64,000 nucleotides of DNA, taken from Gemmatimonas sp. (GTDB lineage: Bacteria; Gemmatimonadota; Gemmatimonadetes; Gemmatimonadales; Gemmatimonadaceae). The position numbers and the translations under genes were made by a program. The notes under the pieces are model-generated. The model had not been told where the DNA came from. It did not search any database and saw only the letters and a program-made list of their open reading frames with translations. Numbering within the stretch: position 1 is the first letter of the stretch; each line of letters opens with the position of its first letter. The stretch is from NCBI GenBank assembly GCA_965279375.1, contig OZ257156.1, positions 3,968,001-4,032,000 of the forward strand. The letters are read 5' to 3'. This document shows positions 41,179 to 48,799 of the stretch, piece after piece.

Positions 41179-41202
41179 CGTCGGGCGAGTGTTGGGGCGC
41201 GC

Positions 41203-42561
41203 TTACTCGACGTCGTCGAGCATACCCGCCGTCGTCGCCGCTACCGCAGCTGCCGCGGCAGCACTCGCGGCCGACGCGGCCGCTCGCTGCGTGCTGCGCA
41301 CGGACGCACTCGTCACCGTGATGCGCGCACCCGCGTGACGCATGCGTCCCATTGTCCGCTCATCGAGGCGCGCGCGGATCACCATCATGTCGTCATCGGT
41401 GCGCTGCTCCAGTACCTCGCCGTCGCGATACAGCTCCGCCAGCAGTCGGCCTTCCGACGCCGGGATTCGGATCTCGAGCAGCGGACGCTGTCCGCGCAAT
41501 GCATCACGCAGCGCCGAACGCAGCGAATCCAGTCCGCCCTCTTCCAGCGCCGATACGAACAAGGTGCCGGGCATGAGATTGGACACGCGCTGACGCAGTG
41601 CTTCCGCATCGGTGGGATCGAGCAGATCCATCTTGTTCATCAAATGCAGCGTCGGCTGCTCGCCGAGCTCGAGATCGGTAAGCACGCCGTCCACCACGTT
41701 GCGATGCTCTTCCCACGCCGGATGACTCGCGTCGATGACGTGCAGCAGCAAATCTGCTTCCTTCGCCTCGGCAAGCGTCGCGCGGAAGGATGCCACCAAA
41801 TGGTGAGGCAATTTGCGAATGAAACCAACCGTATCGGTCAGCAGCACCGAGTAGCCATCGCCGATTTCGACTTCGCGAGTGAGCGGATCAAGCGTGGCGA
41901 ACAACCGATCTTCCACGAACACTTCGGCATCGTTGGCCAGCGCACGCAGGATCGACGACTTGCCCGCATTGGTGTAGCCGACCAGGCCCACTCGGAAATG
42001 CGTGTGACGTTGATGACGCTGGATTTCACGGGCGCGATCGACGTCCTCCAGTCGCTCCGCCAGCACCTTGATACGATGCTGAATGAGGCGGCGGTCGGTC
42101 TCGAGCTGTGTTTCGCCAGGACCGCGCATGCCAATGCCGCCGCGGAACTTTTCCAAGTGCGTCCACATGCGTGTCAGTCGCGGCAGCATGTACTTGAGCT
42201 GCGCCACTTCCACCTGCATGCGCGCTTCGCTCGAGCGTGCCCGCGTCGCGAAAATATCCAGAATCAGCTCGGCGCGGTCCATCACCCGCGTGTTCACCGC
42301 CATCTCGATGTTCTTGCTCTGCGCCGGCGACAGCTCGTCATCAAAGATCACGAGCGTCGCGCCCAACTCCTGAATGCGAAGCTTGAGCTCTTCGATCTTG
42401 CCCTTGCCCAGATACGTCCCGGCATGCGGCCGATCGAGTTGCTGCGTGAGCACGCCCACGACCACGGCCCCGGCTGTGTCGGCGAGTCGCCCGAGCTCTT
42501 CGAGATGCTCGTCCATGTGCACACGCGCGCGGCTGCTCTTGGAAGGCGCAGCCACCAGCAT
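41203..42561 (-). CDS. hflX: GTPase HflX (true start possibly ATC at 42606)
   Basis: ELGRLADTAG, GKGKIEEL, LILDIFATRA, GPGETQLE, GYTNAGKS, LFATLDP, DTVGFI, NKMD. Confidence 0.95.
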   Translation of the reverse strand: MLVAAPSKSSRARVHMDEHLEELGRLADTAGAVVVGVLTQQLDRPHAGTYLGKGKIEELKLRIQELGATLVIFDDELSPAQSKNIEMAVNTRVMDRAELILDIFATRARSSEARMQVEVAQLKYMLPRLTRMWTHLEKFRGGIGMRGPGETQLETDRRLIQHRIKVLAERLEDVDRAREIQRHQRHTHFRVGLVGYTNAGKSSILRALANDAEVFVEDRLFATLDPLTREVEIGDGYSVLLTDTVGFIRKLPHHLVASFRATLAEAKEADLLLHVIDASHPAWEEHRNVVDGVLTDLELGEQPTLHLMNKMDLLDPTDAEALRQRVSNLMPGTLFVSALEEGGLDSLRSALRDALRGQRPLLEIRIPASEGRLLAELYRDGEVLEQRTDDDMMVIRARLDERTMGRMRHAGARITVTSASVRSTQRAAASAASAAAAAAVAATTAGMLDDVE

Positions 42562-42671
42562 GGCACGTTCAACGGGCGGCGTAAGGGAGATGATGTCTCG
42601 ACTGATGGGATGAACCCGGACTGAGCTTGGATGGCGGCGGACCGAGCCACGGCGACTCGCGCTGCAGAACT

Positions 42672-42761
42672 GCGAATGACTGTGCTACGAATTGCGGTGA
42701 CACGAATTGCGGTGACACGAATGCAAGTGACGCCAACGGCACTGATGCGAACCGAGGAAGC
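42672..42761. repeat. Degenerate 15-bp tandem repeat (about 6 units)
   Basis: ACGAATTGCGGTGAC twice exactly (42687-42716), flanked by GCGAATGACTGTGCT, ACGAATGCAAGTGAC, GCCAACGGCACTGAT and GCGAACCGAGGAAGC. Confidence 0.75.
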
Positions 42762-43259
42762 CTAGCGACCGTTTCCAGTCACCGACGAATAGCGCCCGGT
42801 GCGATCGTACGGCCGCGTGAAGTTCCCCAACGGCGTCCCAACAGTGAAGTCTCCCCGCACGCGGTAGTTGATCGTCCCCGCCGCAATCAGCGAGCGCCCC
42901 GCCGCACCCAAACCGGCATAGGTGAAGCGAATCGGAAGGCGAACCGTGGACGAGTCGCCGCCCGTGACGGTGAACTTGTTGTCGAGCTCCCCAGCGCCCA
43001 GCTGGATGGAATCGACATCCACGCGGTACGTCATCTTCACCGCGTCCAACTTGTAGCCGTTCGGGTTGTAGACGTTCAGCACCACATCAACGCTGCCGCC
43101 CGTCAGACCGAGCCCGGTGACCGTGAATTCCTTGAGACTCACCACCGGCTCCTTGAACGACGCGCGCCCCATCGAGGCGCACGCACCGGCGACACTCACG
43201 ACGGCGCCAAGCGCCACCGCACGGATCCAACGACGACGAACGGTTGACTGAGAGGCCAT
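42762..43259 (-). CDS. LEA type 2 family lipoprotein
   Basis: Lipobox-like VAGAC; EPVVSL...VYNPNGYKL...YRVRG beta-rich pattern. Confidence 0.82.
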   Translation of the reverse strand: MASQSTVRRRWIRAVALGAVVSVAGACASMGRASFKEPVVSLKEFTVTGLGLTGGSVDVVLNVYNPNGYKLDAVKMTYRVDVDSIQLGAGELDNKFTVTGGDSSTVRLPIRFTYAGLGAAGRSLIAAGTINYRVRGDFTVGTPLGNFTRPYDRTGRYSSVTGNGR

Positions 43260-44641
43260 CAGGCGGATTCTCCATTGGTGGTAGGCGACGACTCGCTAGC
43301 GGAATCCTGTGCACGATCGCGCAGCTGCGCCCACCATGCCAACCGCTTTGCGATGTCGCGTTCGAAGCCGAAGGGCCCGGGTTCGTAAAAGGTACGTCCC
43401 TCGAGCTCAGAGGGCAGGTACTCCTGCGGCGTATACGCTTCGGGGACGGCGTGCGCGTACTGGTACCCGGCACCATACCCGAGTTCCTTCATGAGACCGG
43501 TTGGCGCATTGCGCAAATGCATCGGCACCTGCGCTGTCGGCGTTGCACGAGCCGCGTCCAGCGCGGACTTCCACGCGTCGTAGACACGCGCGGATTTCGG
43601 CGCCGTCGCCAGATAGACCGCCGCCTCAGCCAACGCCAATTCTCCCTCCGGAGAGCCGAGCCGCTCGAAAGTCTCGGCGGCCGTCGTCGCCATCGTCAGC
43701 GCCTGCGGGTCGGCCAGCCCGATGTCCTCTGCGGCCATGCGAATCATGCGCCGCGCGATGTAGCGCGGGTCCTCTCCACCATCGATCATCCGGGCAAGCC
43801 AGTACAGCGCGCCCTGCGGATCGCTGCCGCGCAGCGATTTGTGCAGCGCGGAAATGAGGTTGTAGTGCTCTTCCCCACTCTTGTCGTAGCGCGGCACGCG
43901 GTGCTGCACCGCCGACTCGACCGTCTCCCGCGTGATCTCGCCGCCATCGTCGGTGAGCGCCGCCGCCGCTTCGAGAATGCCGAGCGTGCGCCGCGCGTCC
44001 CCGTCCGCCTGTTCTGCCAACAGCGTCCGCGCCGCCGGGTCGATCGTCAGACGACGCGATCCGAGGCCGCGCGACGCGTCCGAGAGCGCGCGATCGATCA
44101 ACCCCTCCAACTCCGGGATCGGAATCGACTCGAGCACGAGCACTCGCATCCGCGACAGGAGTGCGCCCGTCAACGCGAACGACGGGTTCTCCGTCGTCGC
44201 GCCAACGAGAACGACCGTGCCTCCCTCTACGTGCGGGAGAAATGCGTCCTGCTGCGCGCGATTGAAGCGATGAATCTCATCTACGAACAGGATCGTGGCT
44301 CGACCAGTGTCACGGCGACGCTCGGCCTCCGCGACGATCTCGCGCACCCGGGCGACGCCGTCGCTCACTGCAGAAAACGACACGAACGCAGCATCCGCCG
44401 ACTGCGCGAAGAGGCGGGCCAATGTCGTCTTTCCAACGCCAGGTGGCCCCCACAACACCATGGAATCCACGATGCCGCGCGCAAGCGCTTCCCGCAGAGG
44501 CTTTCCGACACCGAGCAAGTGACGCTGCCCGATGTACTCATCGAGCGTCGCCGGACGCATGCGCGCCGCCAGCGGCTGCGGAACCCTGCTGGCAAAGAGC
44601 GATGGACTGCCTGCCGCGGAACTCGAGGCCGCACGGCTCAT
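43259..44641 (-). CDS. rarA: Replication-associated recombination protein A (MgsA)
   Basis: PLAARMRP, WGPPGVGKTT, VDEIHRFNRAQQDA, GATTENPSF, ISALHKSLRGSD, VPMHLRNAPT. Confidence 0.96.
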   Translation of the reverse strand: MSRAASSSAAGSPSLFASRVPQPLAARMRPATLDEYIGQRHLLGVGKPLREALARGIVDSMVLWGPPGVGKTTLARLFAQSADAAFVSFSAVSDGVARVREIVAEAERRRDTGRATILFVDEIHRFNRAQQDAFLPHVEGGTVVLVGATTENPSFALTGALLSRMRVLVLESIPIPELEGLIDRALSDASRGLGSRRLTIDPAARTLLAEQADGDARRTLGILEAAAALTDDGGEITRETVESAVQHRVPRYDKSGEEHYNLISALHKSLRGSDPQGALYWLARMIDGGEDPRYIARRMIRMAAEDIGLADPQALTMATTAAETFERLGSPEGELALAEAAVYLATAPKSARVYDAWKSALDAARATPTAQVPMHLRNAPTGLMKELGYGAGYQYAHAVPEAYTPQEYLPSELEGRTFYEPGPFGFERDIAKRLAWWAQLRDRAQDSASESSPTTNGESA

Positions 44642-45186
44642 GAGCGCTCCAGCATCGTCAACGGCGACGCGGTCAGTCGCAGTGTTTCGGCTGCGGTGGT
44701 CAACGCCGCCGTGAACTCCGGAACGGGGCGCATTGCCGCTCGATCGAGCGACCACACGGCGGGCGGCATGGACGAACGCTCAGGCACGTCGAAGTCGTCC
44801 AGCAAACCAATCCATCGGTCGCTGCGCGCGAATATCACGACCACGAGCTCCGGCGTCAGCGTCAGTTGATCGTCTCCTGTCACCAGCGTCACCTCCGCCC
44901 CGCCGTACGTCGCCAACGGTAGGCGCAGCCGCCCCAGCACCTCGCGCACTTCCGACAACGACAGAAGATCTCCCCGCCAACGCGCCCGGTCACGCCAGCT
45001 GTCGATGACTACATCCACCACAGGATCCATCTCTCGACTCAGCGCATGAAACAGGTCCACCGCACGCTCGGCAACAGCGCCGATGCGCAGCAGCCGAATG
45101 TCATCTGACTGCGACGCCACGAACCAGCTCGAAAGCCGCCCGAAACGCCGCGCCGTATCGCTTTCCGACCCGCTGAGATCGAGCAT
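44638..45186 (-). CDS. Hypothetical protein
   Basis: ATG 45186 with GGATAG upstream; its stop overlaps the rarA ATG; codon style matches neighbouring genes. Confidence 0.7.
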   Translation of the reverse strand: MLDLSGSESDTARRFGRLSSWFVASQSDDIRLLRIGAVAERAVDLFHALSREMDPVVDVVIDSWRDRARWRGDLLSLSEVREVLGRLRLPLATYGGAEVTLVTGDDQLTLTPELVVVIFARSDRWIGLLDDFDVPERSSMPPAVWSLDRAAMRPVPEFTAALTTAAETLRLTASPLTMLERS

Positions 45187-45190
45187 ACGA

Positions 45191-46507
45191 CTATCCCTCC
45201 GACGTGGTCGAGGCGATCCGAGTCGCTCGCAGCAGCAGCTCCTCGCGAGAGTTGAGCGCGGGCTCCTCGACGACCTGTACGAGCAGTGCATTCAAGATGC
45301 GAGCAAATGCCGGACCCGCCGGGATTCCCAGCGATCGCAGGTCATCCCCGTCGACGGCCAAGTCCGCCACCGCGATGGCGTCACGGAACGCGATCCGCGA
45401 GGCCCGACGGAAGAGCGCGCGCACGCGCGAGGCATCCGGTGCAGCCGTCGAAGACAGGACACTCCAGTGCGCCGCCGCCAGACGCAGCAAGGGCGCGACC
45501 CTCAACCGTCCCGCACGCGCCGCGAAACGACGCAGCGTGGCGTCGTCCGGCGACTGATCCGCGAGGACCGCGTTCGAGAGCACCTCGCGCTCCGTGCGCC
45601 AAAGGCCGACTAGGCCAGAGATCCAAGCAATATCCTGATTCGAAAACCGGAGCGAGCGCAGCGCCGACTCCGCTGTCCTCGCATCCAACTCGCTGAACAG
45701 GGCCGCAATTCGCAGAGCCTTCCGTTGTGGTCTCCCAGCCAGACCAGGCACCGGCAACGCATCGATTGCCTTGAGCGTCCGGTCCGAGACGGTTGCCAAC
45801 GACGGAATGAGCGACCCGAAAATCCCGGAATCCCGCCACATGGCAAAGGCCGACGACGGCGTCCTCGCCTGCTCCATCGTCTTCTCCAGCTCCTGCTTCA
45901 CCCGCTCTGGCGACAGCCTCGACATGAACGGAGCGCTGCCGACGATGGCGTCCCAAGTCGCCGGCTCGATGCGGAAGCTGAACCGGGCGGCGAACCGGAT
46001 GGCACGCAGCGCGCGGAGCCGATCCTCTTCCAGCCTCGCCTCGGCATTCCCGACGGCGCGCACGAGCCCCGCCGCCAAGTCGGTTCGGCCACCGAACGGA
46101 TCATGCACCCGTCCGCCAATCGCATCGAAAGCGATGGCGTTGATGGTGAAGTCTCGCCGAGCAAGGTCATCGTCCAGCGATGCGCCGAACTCGACGACCG
46201 CGTGCCTGCCGTCGGTGTGCACGTCGCGTCGGAAGGTGGTCACCTCGTGCATCACACCCTTCGTGTCGAGCACCCCGACCGTCCCGAACTCGATTCCGAC
46301 CGGAATCGTCCGCCGAAACAGCCGACGCACGACAGGCGGCGTCGCCGCCGTCGCCAGGTCCCAGTCGAGACTATCCTCGCCCAGAAGCGCGTCTCGCACC
46401 GCGCCGCCGACGCACCACGTCTCATGCCCAGCCGCCCGAAGCGTCTTGGCGATCTCCACGACCTCGGCCGGGGGACGCAATCGATCCTCGGATTGCAAGC
46501 CGATCAC
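45191..46507 (-). CDS. CCA-adding tRNA nucleotidyltransferase / PolyA polymerase family
   Basis: VGGAVRD, DWDLAT, EVTTFRRD, DLARRDFTINA, EDRLRALRAIRF, ERVKQELEK. Confidence 0.92.
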   Translation of the reverse strand: MIGLQSEDRLRPPAEVVEIAKTLRAAGHETWCVGGAVRDALLGEDSLDWDLATAATPPVVRRLFRRTIPVGIEFGTVGVLDTKGVMHEVTTFRRDVHTDGRHAVVEFGASLDDDLARRDFTINAIAFDAIGGRVHDPFGGRTDLAAGLVRAVGNAEARLEEDRLRALRAIRFAARFSFRIEPATWDAIVGSAPFMSRLSPERVKQELEKTMEQARTPSSAFAMWRDSGIFGSLIPSLATVSDRTLKAIDALPVPGLAGRPQRKALRIAALFSELDARTAESALRSLRFSNQDIAWISGLVGLWRTEREVLSNAVLADQSPDDATLRRFAARAGRLRVAPLLRLAAAHWSVLSSTAAPDASRVRALFRRASRIAFRDAIAVADLAVDGDDLRSLGIPAGPAFARILNALLVQVVEEPALNSREELLLRATRIASTTSEG

Positions 46508-47259
46508 CCGCAGAGCACGCTCCCGCCGTTCACGTTGAGCACCTCACCGGTAATGTGGCGCGCCAGCGAACTCGCCAAGAATACGATCGGGCCGGCGATA
46601 TCCTCGGCAGATGCGACTCGTCTCAGCGGAATCGCCGCCTCGATGCGCGCACGTCCTTCGCCGGCGAACGGCTTTTCGACCGCCTCCGTATCCACCCAGC
46701 CCGGCGCCACACAGTTCACCGTGATGTCCCGGGGGCCGAGCTCGACGGCCAGCGACTTCACGAACGAGATCATCGCGCCCTTGCTCGCTGCGTAGTCCGC
46801 GTGCCCGGCCTCCCCCCGCTGGCCAGCCGTACTGGAGACGAAGACGAGACGCCCGCCAGCTGGCAGCACTGGCACGACAGTCCGCGCGCCGAAGAACATT
46901 CCGTCCAGATTCGTTGCGAGAGTCTCCCGCCAGCGATCACGAGAAAGCTTTTCCACGTCGACGGGATTCGGTGGCCAGATACCAGAGTTACCAACATAGA
47001 TATCCACACCACCGAATGTTTCCACAGCCGTGCTCACAAAACTTTCGTGCGCTTCAAATGTGGACAAGTCGCCTGATTGTGCAAAACTCCGCACTCCTAG
47101 CGCGCGGAGCTCCGCAACCATGCCGTCCGCTTCGGCGGTCCGCGAGCGGTACGAGATTCCCACATCGGCGCCAGCCGCAGCCAGAAGCCGAGAGACCGCC
47201 GCTCCGATTCCTCTGCTCCCACCAGTTACCAGCGCGCGCTTGCCGCGTAGATCGATCAT
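46504..47259 (-). CDS. SDR family oxidoreductase (FabG-like)
   Basis: TGGSRGIG, SS..GQRG..YAASK, VNCVAPGWVDT, ITGEVLNVNGG. Confidence 0.92.
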   Translation of the reverse strand: MIDLRGKRALVTGGSRGIGAAVSRLLAAAGADVGISYRSRTAEADGMVAELRALGVRSFAQSGDLSTFEAHESFVSTAVETFGGVDIYVGNSGIWPPNPVDVEKLSRDRWRETLATNLDGMFFGARTVVPVLPAGGRLVFVSSTAGQRGEAGHADYAASKGAMISFVKSLAVELGPRDITVNCVAPGWVDTEAVEKPFAGEGRARIEAAIPLRRVASAEDIAGPIVFLASSLARHITGEVLNVNGGSVLCG

Positions 47260-47571
47260 CGAGTTCCCGAGTACGTTTCGTGTGATACTTCACATGAAGT
47301 ACAACGACCTAAATATTTGTCCTAAATACTCTTGCGGCTATTTAACGAGAAAGCGTCTGCTCGATGCAGTCGCAGATCGCGTGCTGAATGCAGAGGTGGA
47401 TCTCCTGCGCGCGGTCCGTGCGATCGGTCGGCACGATCAGCGTGTGGTCGGCAACCCCCTTGAGCGCACCTCCGTCTTTCGCGGACAACGCGAGCACGCG
47501 AACGCCGATCAGGCGAGCGGCCTCGGCCGCCTTAATCACATTTGGCGAATTCCCGCTCGTCGAGTGGATAA
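46949..47571. other. Putative chromosomal replication origin (oriC)
   Basis: GC-skew inversion, clustered DnaA-box-like 9-mers and an AT-rich spacer (47260-47341) with tandem 13-mers. Details in findings. Confidence 0.65.
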
Positions 47572-47923
47572 CCAGCAAATCACCTGGCTTCGCCAACGCT
47601 TCGATCTGTCTCGAAAATATGTGATCGAACCCGAAGTCATTTCCGGCTGCCGTGAGCAGCGAGGTATCGGTCGTCAGCGCGATCGCTGGGTACGCCTTTC
47701 GGTTGCGCATGTAGCGCACGACGTACTCGGTGGCGAGGTGTTGGGCGTCGGCCGCCGAGCCACCATTTCCGCAGAAGAAAAGCGTCCCGTGCCCGGCGAC
47801 GGTGCGCCGCACCATCTCCAGCGCCACGTTCAGATCGGTTTCGAGCTGACTGGCGGTGCGAAGTGCTGTCTCCGCGAGCGATCGCAGAGCGTCCGAGACG
47901 GGTGTTGTTGCGACATCGGTCAT
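47342..47923 (-). CDS. gmhA: Phosphoheptose (sedoheptulose-7-P) isomerase
   Basis: CGNGGSAADAQHLATE, NDFGFDHIFSRQ, STSGNSPNV, QEIHLCIQHAIC; ATG at 47923. Confidence 0.92.
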   Translation of the reverse strand: MTDVATTPVSDALRSLAETALRTASQLETDLNVALEMVRRTVAGHGTLFFCGNGGSAADAQHLATEYVVRYMRNRKAYPAIALTTDTSLLTAAGNDFGFDHIFSRQIEALAKPGDLLVIHSTSGNSPNVIKAAEAARLIGVRVLALSAKDGGALKGVADHTLIVPTDRTDRAQEIHLCIQHAICDCIEQTLSR

Positions 47924-47982
47924 CAGGTGATCCAGTTGCCCGAGGGCGAGGGGTGGGACATCGGGTTGCGCGGGGTAGCCCG

Positions 47983-48726
47983 TCAGCTGCCGAAGAGCCG
48001 CTTGACTCGACCTAGCAGTCCATCGGTGAGCGGCGGCACTGGAAGCGGATCTTCGTCCTGCAGGAGGCGCAGCGCGTTGGTTCGGGTCAGCAGGTCGACC
48101 TGTTCCTGTCCGCCACGCTCCAGCAGCCACTCCTTTCCGGCCGCCAGCGAACGATGGTCGCCGTGATTGTCCGACGCGAGGATGTCGATCAATCCATCCC
48201 CCAGCATGGCGCGCGCCAGGTCGGCTGGGCCGCCGCGACCGAGCAGCACGGAGACGTCCGTCTGGATGACTACGCCGATTTCGCGCCACTCGCGAACCAT
48301 CTCGAGTGTGCAGCCATAGTAGCGTTCAGGGTGCGCGAGCACGGGAGTCCGCCCAGCTCGGGCGATCCTTCGCAGCTCCGCCGTAGCGCCTCTGGGCACA
48401 CCACCACGGCTGAACTCAACCAGCAGTGCCCGTGAGCCGGCGAGGGTGAGCTCGGGCGCGGAGAGGTCCATGCCGGGCGTATCGAGCATGATCTCCCAAC
48501 CGAGGCGGAGTTCGGGCAGGCTGGGTGCGCTTCGGCGAAGCTGGTCGAGCCGGACGCAGTGATCGTCGTAGGGCGCGGAGGCAGCCGCCGAGGCGTTCAA
48601 GTGCGGCGTGCAGACCAGCAGCGTGACGCCATCCTTGCCGAATCGTTCGAGCACCGGCAGCGACATCTCGATCGACTGACTGCCGTCGTCCACGCCGGGG
48701 AGCAGGTGCGAATGTATGTCTATCAC
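47983..48726 (-). CDS. CpsB/CapC (YwqE-like) PHP-family tyrosine phosphatase
   Basis: IDIHSHLLPGVDDG, CTPH, LAHPERY, LASDNHG; GTG 48726 with SD GAGGTGAG. Confidence 0.9.
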   Translation of the reverse strand: MIDIHSHLLPGVDDGSQSIEMSLPVLERFGKDGVTLLVCTPHLNASAAASAPYDDHCVRLDQLRRSAPSLPELRLGWEIMLDTPGMDLSAPELTLAGSRALLVEFSRGGVPRGATAELRRIARAGRTPVLAHPERYYGCTLEMVREWREIGVVIQTDVSVLLGRGGPADLARAMLGDGLIDILASDNHGDHRSLAAGKEWLLERGGQEQVDLLTRTNALRLLQDEDPLPVPPLTDGLLGRVKRLFGS

Positions 48727-48799
48727 GCCCTCACCTCGAATGAATGGCAACGCGTGGTGAACTGCTGCCGCCGTGGTCGCGCTGGCGTGTGCGTGGCTC

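Noticed and set aside
40836..41200. tRNA locus as an integration site
   Set aside because: No integrase and no duplicated tRNA 3' end; it is followed directly by a terminator and hflX.
41203..41300. Ala-rich tails and linkers in HflX, the ZapB-like protein and MutS2
   Set aside because: Low-complexity linkers are common in high-GC genomes; no evidence of a separate function.
42672..42761. Repeat array as a possible CRISPR
   Set aside because: 15-bp units are directly adjacent with no spacers, and no cas genes are present.
47281..47294. TGTGA-TACT-TCACA as a CRP or Rex site
   Set aside because: The spacer is 4 nt; CRP needs 6 nt between TGTGA and TCACA, and Rex needs TTGTGAA-N4-TTCACAA.
47260..47346. 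AT-rich spacer as dif site or terminus (ftsK is in the window)
   Set aside because: Skew polarity (C-rich to G-rich) is that of an origin, and there is no XerD arm TTATGTTAAAT.
46900..47650. Lower-GC patch as a horizontally acquired island
   Set aside because: It lies within intact core genes with no integrase, IS or flanking repeats; DnaA-like boxes explain it better.
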